Source: Nostoc sp. PCC 7120 = FACHB-418 (GTDB lineage Bacteria > Cyanobacteriota > Cyanobacteriia > Cyanobacteriales > Nostocaceae). From it: a DNA stretch of 32,000 bases. Location: the NCBI RefSeq assembly GCF_000009705.1, contig NC_003272.1, forward strand, positions 4,830,001-4,862,000, written 5' to 3'. The notes beneath the pieces were generated by a model. It saw only the letters and a list, made by a program, of their open reading frames with translations, made no database searches and was not told the origin of the DNA. The position numbers were made by a program, and so were the translations under genes. Within the stretch, counting starts at the first letter, position 1. The number at the start of each line of letters is the position of its first letter. Below, one piece after another: positions 18,435-26,280 of the stretch.

Positions 18435-20972
18435 TTAAAAACTCGCACTTACTCGCACACCATAAGTTACTGGGTCGCCAAATCCCGCAGTTACATTAGG
18501 TGGTGGGAATAGGAAACCAGAGGTGATATAACGAGTATCAAACAAGTTATTTGCATATAAATAAATGCCATATTTTTCACCTTCATAACCAATCCGGGCA
18601 TTTACTAGGGCATAGGGGTCTTGCTTCACCTGGTTAGCATCATCAAAGTAAGTTATTCCATAACCGCGTAATTCTGCACGGGCAAAAATACCACCAGGAC
18701 TGCGATATTGAACGGCTAAATTGTAGGTTAATTCCGGTGCGAAAGGAACGCGGTTGTTGCTAAAGTCTCGATTTGTGAAAGAATTTCTATAGTTTTTAAA
18801 TTTGCTGTCCACGTAGCCAATACCAGCAATTAAATCTAGTCCTTGTAAAGGATTGGCTTTGAGTTCAAATTCTAAACCTGTAACTTTGACGTTTGCATTG
18901 GTAACGTTTCTAAAAAAGCCAAAATCATCGGTCAGCAGCACTTGGTAGTTATCAACATCGCTTTGAAAAATAGATAGGTTTGCACTCAGACGGTCATCTA
19001 ACCAAGAAGATTTTAAACCTGCTTCGTAAGTCCAGGTGGTTTCTTCTTGAAATCGGCGTGTATCTTCTGTATCTGCACGGTAGTTAAATCCACTTGGTCT
19101 GTAGCCTTTCGCTATTGTGGCGTAAGCCATTAAATTGGGATTGAAGCGATACTGTAAGCCAAAGCGGGGGATAAATGCGTCACTATTAAGGGTAGCATTG
19201 CGTACTTCTGCGGTGGGTGGATTGGCTGTACCATCAGGATTGACAAAAACACGGCGACGGTCGAGTTCAGCGTCAGCAGTTTCATAGCGCCAACCTGCAA
19301 ACAAAGTTAGTGGTGCAATTGGTTTGTAGTCAATCTGTCCGAATATGGCGTAGGTGTGGCGATTTTGTTCTGCGGAAACGCGATCGCTCCCTGACGCTGG
19401 TAAGCCAAAGAATACTGCACCAGCATCACTATATTTAAAGGTGTCATCTAGAACATTAAAATTCCGTGACTCGTAATATCCACCAAGTAACCACCGCAAA
19501 CGATCGGCACTTTCAGGGGACTGGAGGCGAAATTCCTGTGACCACAAGGTTGAATTGATACCGATAATTTGCTGTAGCAAATCACCGGGGAAATTGTCGC
19601 CCACCAGGGTATTTTGATTGCTAAATCGCCTGGTGGTAATGGATGTAGCCCGAAATCCATCGCCGTTGTAGCTAATTTTTAGCGCTTGGGTATTAGTGCT
19701 GAGACGATGGAAACCGTCAACTTCTTGGGAAACTTGAAAAGGGTTTTCTGCGTTTTGTCGAGAAAAGGTAGGATTGCCGTTATCGTTGTCACTAGCATAA
19801 GCGTTAAACGATATATTCCATTCTGGTGTGGGTGTCCAGAGAATTTGGGCGCGTCCTGTGAGTTGCGATCGCTCTCCTATTGGCTTATTCAGAAAGGTAT
19901 TGTCAAATACGCCATCTCGTGCATTGTATGCGCCTGCTAGTCGAAATGCCAGTTTATCAGGAATAATTGCATCGCTGAGGGATAATTGCAATTCCCGGTT
20001 GTTATAGCTACCATAAAGAGCGCTAATTCGCATCTCTGGCTGATTACTTGGCGGGCGAGAAATCACATTCACCACCCCAGCCGGACTACTTCTACCATAG
20101 AGGGTGCTTTGGGGGCCTCGCAAAACTTCTACCCGTTCTAAATCAATCAAACCAACATCTAAAAAGCCGCCATAATCGAAGGGAACATCATCAATGTAAA
20201 AGCCAACGGTGTCTTGATTGGCTAAAAAGTTAAAGTTATTTAACCCCCGCACACTGTAGTAACTAAAATCAGCACTCCCCGCAGTCGTGGGGAGAAAACT
20301 AAAGTTGGGTGTATTGTTGGCGATATCTTGGAAAGAACGAATTTGAGCGTCTTCGATTTCTTGCTGAGGAATTACCGTCAAGCTAAGAGGGACATCCTGC
20401 GCGTCTTCGGGGCGTTTTTGGGCGGTTACTATCAATTCAATGTCTGGGGAAGTAGGAGTAAGGGCGATCGTTAAACCATTAGATTGATTTACTACCTGGA
20501 TTGGTGGTAGCTTCCCTGAAGATGCGATGGTTACACGTACTGTGTTGTTAGATTCTTGCTGTGTTACCGTCACATAAGAAATACCATCAACTGGTGTGTC
20601 TTCCCGAAATTCCTTTCCTTCTGGTAAAGCTAGTACTGCATTGGGGATATCTGCAATAAATATATTGCCTTCTTGAAGAGTTTCTGGTGCAGATATTTCT
20701 CCATCTGGAGTTTCCAGAATTATCTCAAAATTATCGTCTGTACGATTGATTCGCACACCAGTAATCTTGATTTTTGGAGGGGTTGGCGCTGACTGTGATA
20801 GCCAATCTTTAACACTTGTTGGTGGACGCTCAATATCACTCAGTCGAGGAATATTTGTAATTAATCCAATGTTCTTTGTGTTTACCGGCTTCTCTTGTGC
20901 ATTTGCTTTCTGAGTTATCAACAAGCAAATCGTACTTGCTATACCTATATAGATACACTGATTTAGTTTCAA
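18435..20972 (-). CDS. iacT: TonB-dependent outer-membrane transporter with an N-terminal AMIN-like domain; likely the IacT (iron and copper transporter) orthologue
   Basis: Plug motifs (RVEVLRGPQSTLYGRSSPAGVVNVISR), a long barrel and a C-terminal aromatic residue (..VSASF). An AMIN-like segment (KITGVRINRTDDNFEIILETPDG...) precedes the plug. Start set at the TTG at 20972, giving a plausible signal peptide MKLNQCIYIGIASTICLLITQKANA/QE. The track ORF starts at the TTG at 21020. Confidence 0.85.
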   Translation of the reverse strand: MKLNQCIYIGIASTICLLITQKANAQEKPVNTKNIGLITNIPRLSDIERPPTSVKDWLSQSAPTPPKIKITGVRINRTDDNFEIILETPDGEISAPETLQEGNIFIADIPNAVLALPEGKEFREDTPVDGISYVTVTQQESNNTVRVTIASSGKLPPIQVVNQSNGLTIALTPTSPDIELIVTAQKRPEDAQDVPLSLTVIPQQEIEDAQIRSFQDIANNTPNFSFLPTTAGSADFSYYSVRGLNNFNFLANQDTVGFYIDDVPFDYGGFLDVGLIDLERVEVLRGPQSTLYGRSSPAGVVNVISRPPSNQPEMRISALYGSYNNRELQLSLSDAIIPDKLAFRLAGAYNARDGVFDNTFLNKPIGERSQLTGRAQILWTPTPEWNISFNAYASDNDNGNPTFSRQNAENPFQVSQEVDGFHRLSTNTQALKISYNGDGFRATSITTRRFSNQNTLVGDNFPGDLLQQIIGINSTLWSQEFRLQSPESADRLRWLLGGYYESRNFNVLDDTFKYSDAGAVFFGLPASGSDRVSAEQNRHTYAIFGQIDYKPIAPLTLFAGWRYETADAELDRRRVFVNPDGTANPPTAEVRNATLNSDAFIPRFGLQYRFNPNLMAYATIAKGYRPSGFNYRADTEDTRRFQEETTWTYEAGLKSSWLDDRLSANLSIFQSDVDNYQVLLTDDFGFFRNVTNANVKVTGLEFELKANPLQGLDLIAGIGYVDSKFKNYRNSFTNRDFSNNRVPFAPELTYNLAVQYRSPGGIFARAELRGYGITYFDDANQVKQDPYALVNARIGYEGEKYGIYLYANNLFDTRYITSGFLFPPPNVTAGFGDPVTYGVRVSASF

Positions 20973-21200
20973 GGCTGCCCCACACTCCACAAAAACCACA
21001 CCACGAGACTGAGAACGCAACTCTTAAGTGTTACATCCATACTTCCAGTGATATTGTTTACTTCATGGAATAGGCTTGTCAAAAGACAATCTGTCAAAGA
21101 ATATCCTCATCTCTATCTGGGACTATAAACACCTTAGTTTCTGCATATCTGGGGATGAGAGCAATTTCTGATAAAGATGAGAGTTGTTGCTGTAAATTTT

Positions 21201-21416
21201 TCAGTAATAAGAAAGCTTTGTCATAGAGTGTAGTTTCTCTCTGTTGGCTTCAGAGTAACTGCCGTGCTGCATTTTTTCAATCCCTAGCTTGAATAAGTCG
21301 CCTCCTGGGATTTCCGTGTCCGATGGAGACAATGAATATGCAGGTAAAGTAAAAAAACAGCAGACGAGTGTAACAGCAATACCCAACTTGAAGATGAATC
21401 GATAAAAGCGACTCAT
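21201..21416 (-). CDS. Small putative secreted protein, possibly a truncated or frameshifted remnant
   Basis: 71 aa with a signal-peptide-like N-terminus (FIFKLGIAVTLVCCFFTLPAYS). No family recognised. See the finding on a possible frame change. Confidence 0.3.
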   Translation of the reverse strand: MSRFYRFIFKLGIAVTLVCCFFTLPAYSLSPSDTEIPGGDLFKLGIEKMQHGSYSEANREKLHSMTKLSYY

Positions 21417-21934
21417 AATAACATCTCACTTGATTAGCAGAGCAAAGTAAGTAGATCAGGCACATACCTTACCTACTATTTCTTAACTAGAGAACAACAA
21501 TCTTATTGTCGTATTCTGACTTTATTTCCCATCCTTGTCTGCTTTTCCCAGCACATATATATGCTGCAACATCCCCAATTTGATTTGATTTTAAACGACC
21601 TGTCAAATGACAGACAGTCAAACTGTCTGGCTTGGATTTGTGCGATGGGTTATCTTCTCCTGCGCGAACGCACATACGGTAAACCCAATCTGCCAAGTAT
21701 AAACTTTTAGTATTTGGGGATTAGCTTTGATTCTTAGTACGGCTTTGCATAAAATCATGGCTGGTTGAGGGTGGACATTTAAACGTAAAGGCGCGCAAAG
21801 GTAAGCGCAGAGAAACTTAAGTTATGCGATCGCCCCAGCTTTTGCTGATTCTGGTACACTGGCAATTACTTTACGTTTTAAGTAGCGGCTGAATTTCAGC
21901 ATCATTGCTGTGGTAGTATTTTTTCAATATCAAC

Positions 21935-22055
21935 TCGGTTCTGGTGGGGATCAGCCATCAGAGGTAAGGGGGAAAGTCCGGTGTAAATCCGGCGCTGTCC
22001 CGCAACTGTAATGGGGCTTATGCCTCAAAGTCAGAATGCCCGCCGAAAGTACAAC
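21935..22055 (+). promoter_or_regulatory. Cobalamin (B12) riboswitch aptamer
   Basis: Conserved core GGGAAAGTCCGGTGTAAATCCGGCGCTGTCCCGCAACTGTAA (21969-22011) and B12 box AAGTCAGAATGCCCGCC (about 22028-22044). A possible P1 pairs GGTGG (21943-21947) with CCGCC (22040-22044). Confidence 0.9.
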
Positions 22056-22287
22056 AAATTCTTATCTGCGAGGTACAGATGAATAACGCAATCAATACTC
22101 TCCCCCTTAAAGAGGATCACTATCTCATAGCGTCATATATACGCCACACACTACAAATTTCTATGAGATTGTAGATATTTCCTTACAGATATCAATACTT
22201 ACACAGAAGGTTATAGATACAAACTGGAAAACACAGTTGTATTTTATCTTTCGCTTTGCATATTTACTTTATCCAAGCTAGAGGTAA

Positions 22288-22428
22288 CTTTACGCCTACC
22301 TGCATCAAACGCTTAACAGCGAATGCGCCTAAGCCTCCTCGTTGCCTTAGTTTCTCTTTTAGAGAGAGACGCTACCACGAACCCACAGTGTAAGGGGTAC
22401 GGGAACGCCTAGCGGTAAATGCGTAAGG
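22288..22428 (+). repeat. Dispersed ~110-140 bp repeat with imperfect terminal inverted repeats, copy A, inserted in the riboswitch leader
   Basis: Termini ctttacgcctacc and ggtaaatgcgtaagg are inverted. It shares gcgaatgcgccta, gagacgct and cgaac blocks in the same order with copy B at 26168-26274. Confidence 0.65.
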
Positions 22429-22465
22429 CTAATTCATGCTATCAATCAGCAACGCCTGAAAATCA

Positions 22466-22876
22466 ATGAGCAAAAAACAACATACTTTATTTGTCTGCAC
22501 GACCTGCGCCAGTGTGTGGCAAGATGGCAAGCGAGTTGGCGAAAGTGGTGGACAGCAGCTATTACAACAACTCCAAGCACTTGCACAAACTTGGGAATTG
22601 CAACATAAATTCTCCATTCAGGGAGTTGAATGTATGAGTGCTTGCAACCATGCTTGCGTTATTGCCTTTACGGGAGAAGAGAAGTTAACCTATCTTTTCG
22701 GCAATTTAGCAGTTGATGATAGCGCATCTGCAATACTGCAATGCGCCACTCAATACTACAATAAAGCATCTGGTTTACTACCTTGGTCAGAACGTCCAGA
22801 AGCTTTAAAAAGAGGCATCTTAGCCAAAATTCCACCCCTAAGTAAGTGGGCAAAATTCCATCATAATTGCTGTTAA
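22466..22876 (+). CDS. DUF1636-family predicted metal-binding (Cys-rich, thioredoxin-like) protein
   Basis: 136 aa with Cys motifs FVCTTCAS and ECMSACNHAC, and a C-terminal LPWSERPEALKRGILAKIPPL block that I recall as typical of DUF1636/COG5469 proteins, which occur next to cobalamin genes. Confidence 0.7.
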   Translation: MSKKQHTLFVCTTCASVWQDGKRVGESGGQQLLQQLQALAQTWELQHKFSIQGVECMSACNHACVIAFTGEEKLTYLFGNLAVDDSASAILQCATQYYNKASGLLPWSERPEALKRGILAKIPPLSKWAKFHHNCC

Positions 22877-22990
22877 TTTAACACCAGTAGTCCATCCAGT
22901 TCGTAGTCAGGACTTTAGTCCTCAAAACTCTCAGCACTCAAGTACTGACTACAAACTTAAAAACTAGCTTGTAAATTACACTATCAGTGT

Positions 22991-23009
22991 GATAATAATA
23001 ATCATTATC
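22991..23009. promoter_or_regulatory. Fur box (iron box)
   Basis: GATAATAATAATCATTATC matches the classical 19-bp consensus GATAATGATAATCATTATC at 18 of 19 positions. It lies about 100 nt upstream of the receptor ATG at 23111. Confidence 0.75.
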
Positions 23010-23110
23010 TAAACATAGCAATTTTCCTACTGGCTGAGAGTTTTTTACCGAAAAAGCTCAAATTTCTACTTGAGAAAAATTTTTAGTTATACAGGTGGCT
23101 TCAATTACCA

Positions 23111-25240
23111 ATGCGTACTCAGTTTATTGCCAGATGGGGAACTCAACTTATCGTTTCTAGTTTGACTATCACCGCAGGGATGCTGTGGGAAAATTCCAGC
23201 ATGATAGCCACAGAAGTTCTACAAATATCCGAGTTTCCGCAAGAGGAAGGTTCAGCCAAAGACTTACAACCAGTTACAGAAGTAATATCTCAAGATACGA
23301 CAGAAACCGAACCCGACATTCAACTGACAGTCATTGACAAACTCCTCAATGAACCTGTATTTTCCCCTTTTCGCCGCGAGGGAACAGTAAAAGATTCCAC
23401 CCGTCCGGTGTATGTGATTACTGGCGAAGAAATGGAAGCACAGGGTGCAATAACTGTCAGAGAAGCACTGCGATTTCTTCCTGGTATTTTGGGTGACGGT
23501 ACAGTTGGGACAGAAGTAAACGCCTTAAGTGGTCAATTTATTCGCGGTTCTAATACCGGACAAGTATTAATCTTATTGGATGGCAGACCAATTAATAATT
23601 TAGGTGGTGGTGGTTTCGATTTGTCAGAATTTACCACTAATAATATTGAAAGAGTTGAAGTCTTACCAGGAGGTGGTTCAACACTTTATGGTTCAGATGC
23701 AATAGGCGGGGTAATTAATATTGTTACCCGTCGTCCTACAGAGAAAATCACCACAGAAACCAAAGTTAATTTCGGTTCCTATGGACTTAACCAACAAAGC
23801 ATTCAAAATAGTGGAAAATCAGGTGATATTTCTTGGGTAATTGGTTACAACCGTACCCAAGCACAAAATAATTATCGCTTTACTATTCCTGAAGCTAACT
23901 TTGAGGGAACAAGAAGAAATAATGACGCACTCTTTAATAACTTTAACGTCAAACTAGAGGCAAATTTCGGTTAACGTAACACCTTAACCCTCTCCACCCT
24001 ATATTTAGGTAAAGAACAGGGAGTACCGGGAGGTGTACCTATTCCTGTACCCGAATTTGGACAGGGATTTTTTAACTCTCTGACTGAGAATTATCGCAAA
24101 TACACAGACCAAGTTCTCACTGATTTAACCTGGAACTCTAAATTAGGCAGTGGTGATGATTCTCTATTAACAGCGAGAGTTTACGCTGATTTTCTCAATA
24201 CTCGCTTTGATGACCGTAGCGGTGCAATCACATCTCAAAACCGCTTTGATACTAAACAAGATTCCTACGGGATTCAAACCACACATAGCTGGAACTTTGC
24301 CAAGAATCAGACCTTAGTTTATGGCTTTGATTATCGTCATACAAATGTACGCAACACCACGTTTAATTATGGGACAAATATTACTAGAGAAAATTATGAT
24401 GATGCTATAGGTCAAGGGGCAATTTTTGGAAAGTATGAAATTAACTTTTCTCCTAGTTTGAGTATGAATTTAGGAGTGCGGCAAGATTTTAGTAGTTTGG
24501 TAAATGGCTCATTTACATCACCATCTATAGGGGCAAAATTTGCAGTTTCAGATTCAACTACACTCCGCACTAACTATATAAGAAACTTCCGCGTGCCTAC
24601 TATAGTCAATTTATTTAATAATAATCCTACTAATATTGGTAATCCTGACCTTAAACCAGAGAAGGGGGATAGTTTTGATGTAGGAATTGACCAAAAATTA
24701 GGTAATATTGGCTTGTTGAGGTTGACATTTTTTAGTAACCGTGTCTCTGATACAGTTGCCTTTAAAAGACTCACGCCCCCTGTAAATGGAAATACAGGGA
24801 CTTGGGAAAATATCGGGTTAGTACAAACTACAGGAATTGAAGCTTCTTTAAATTTACAACTGGCGAAAAATATCTATGCTTTTGTGAATTATACGGCGAA
24901 TGATCCGCGTATTTTAGAAAGTGCTAATCCGGCGGAGGTTGATAAGGCGTTAAGGTTTGCAGGTGCGGATAAATTAAATTTGGGTGCGTCTTATGAAAAT
25001 CCTCAAGGTTGGTATTTGGGGGTGTTGATGAACTCCTTAAATGGATATCCCACTAATAATATTAATACGGAGTTTCTTTCGGGGTATACTACTTTTGATT
25101 TAAAGATGCGTGTACCTATTAGTGATAGTTTGGTTTTAACTGGGAGTTTGGATAATCTGTTTGATCAGCGTTATCAGTTGTTTCCTGGTTATCCTGATGG
25201 GGGGAGGGTTTTTCAGGTTGGGTTGAGTTCTCGGTTTTAA
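23111..25240 (+). pseudogene. BtuB-like TonB-dependent receptor interrupted by a single in-frame TAA (codon 288, 23972-23974). The ORF track shows it as two pieces, 23111-23974 and 24458-25240
   Basis: Both track ORFs are in the same frame. My hand translation of 23975-24457 in that frame has no stop and reads like TBDT barrel sequence (RNTLTLSTLYLGKEQGVPGG...). There are plug motifs (IERVEVLPGGGSTLYGSDAIGGVINIVTRRP) and a terminal ..GLSSRF. Confidence 0.8.
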
Positions 25241-25282
25241 AAAGAAGAGTTTTAGTTTTTTTCACGCAAAGGAGAATTAAGA

Positions 25283-26155
25283 ATGGCTGAGTTTAATTGT
25301 TGGGTGACACTTGTTAATGAGGTAGTTAAGGAAGATTTAGCTACGGGGGGGTTTATTGAGTATGAATATTTTGATTGTGGCAGTGATGTTTTAGCATCGT
25401 TAGTTTATACCTTGTTTGAACAGAATTGGCAACAAGTTGGCATTGCTCATATTGTTCAAGGTAGTGTTTTAGAGTTGGAATTTAATGCACCACCAAAGCT
25501 GTGTATTCTCTATGATGGCTATTTGACGGTAGCGGCTGAGGGTTGGCATTTACATTTATGTATTGATACTAATTTTGGTGGCCCTTTGTGTAAAACTCCT
25601 GTGGAAGTGAGGAAGCAACGTTTAGTTTCTCGTGCGGCTTTTTATCGGCGGTTTAATACAGAAGGAAATCCTAGAAGTTGGGGGATTCAGTTTTGGAATG
25701 GTGCGAATGAACAATTAATGACGATTTTGTTACCTAATCCTTTGGTAGATGGAGAAAATTTATTACCAGAGGGTAAACCAAATCTAGATAAGTTAGCTCT
25801 TTATCAAGATTTGCGAGATATTTATGTATTAGGTAAAAAACCCATACCCTTTAGCAAAAATCCTCTCAAACATTCCTATATTTCCGTTTGTACCTCTACA
25901 CGCTGTCTGCCTTCTCGTAAATGGCAACCTACATTTGATGCTTTAAAATCAGCAGTAGAAAACGCAGGTTTAGACATCGAAGTCAGAACATCTGGCTGTT
26001 TAGAAGTGTGTCAACTCGGCCCAGTTGTTTTTTATTCCAATGATAGAACTTGGTACACTCGCGTTAACCCCAACGTTGCCGAAAATATCGTCAACGAACA
26101 TCTAATCAAAGGTAACAAAATCACCGAAAACCTCTACCCACCCCAAACCCTCTAA
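25283..26155 (+). CDS. Two-domain protein: N-terminal ~195 aa of unknown function fused to a C-terminal thioredoxin-like [2Fe-2S] ferredoxin domain
   Basis: AAGGAG lies 8 nt upstream of the ATG. The C-terminal domain (about 25871-26152) has CX4C...CX3C (VCTSTRC ... GCLEVCQLGPVVFY ... WYTRV). There is no signal peptide. Confidence 0.8.
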   Translation: MAEFNCWVTLVNEVVKEDLATGGFIEYEYFDCGSDVLASLVYTLFEQNWQQVGIAHIVQGSVLELEFNAPPKLCILYDGYLTVAAEGWHLHLCIDTNFGGPLCKTPVEVRKQRLVSRAAFYRRFNTEGNPRSWGIQFWNGANEQLMTILLPNPLVDGENLLPEGKPNLDKLALYQDLRDIYVLGKKPIPFSKNPLKHSYISVCTSTRCLPSRKWQPTFDALKSAVENAGLDIEVRTSGCLEVCQLGPVVFYSNDRTWYTRVNPNVAENIVNEHLIKGNKITENLYPPQTL

Positions 26156-26167
26156 TCTCCTTTAAAT

Positions 26168-26274
26168 CTTTGCGTCTACCCTGCGGGAACACCTTACGGC
26201 GAATGCGCCTACTCTTCTCATTCTCCTGTCGGAGACGCTGGCGCGAACGAGAACGACTTCGTCGAATGCGTGAG
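26168..26274 (+). repeat. Dispersed repeat, copy B, between the ferredoxin-fusion gene and the SBP gene
   Basis: ctttgcgtctacc ... gcgaatgcgccta ... ggagacgctggcgcgaacg ... gtcgaatgcgtgag, collinear with copy A at 22288-22428. Confidence 0.65.
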
Positions 26275-26280
26275 ATAAAA

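Noticed and set aside
19448-21073. Track ORFs 19448-19660(-), 19686-19940(+), 20048-20233(+) and 20876-21073(+), plus the 16-codon extension 20973-21020 of the transporter ORF
   Set aside because: The first four are out-of-frame or antisense within the TonB-dependent transporter gene. The extension precedes a much better signal peptide that starts at the TTG at 20972.
21160-21185. Fur-box-like sequence GATAAAGATGAGAGTTGTT upstream of the iacT-like gene
   Set aside because: Only about 11 of 19 positions match the consensus, which is not distinguishable from AT-rich background.
21277-21696. Track ORFs 21277-21465(-) and 21487-21696(-)
   Set aside because: They have no recognisable family. The second has a TTG start, partly overlaps repeat-like sequence (gcgcgaacgc) and contains a perfect 8-bp hairpin. 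The evidence is insufficient to call them genes.
22429-22853. Track ORFs 22429-22617(-) and 22668-22853(-)
   Set aside because: They are antisense to the DUF1636-like gene. The Cys-rich appearance simply mirrors the sense strand.
24574-24774. Track ORF 24574-24774(-)
   Set aside because: It is antisense within the TonB-dependent receptor frame.
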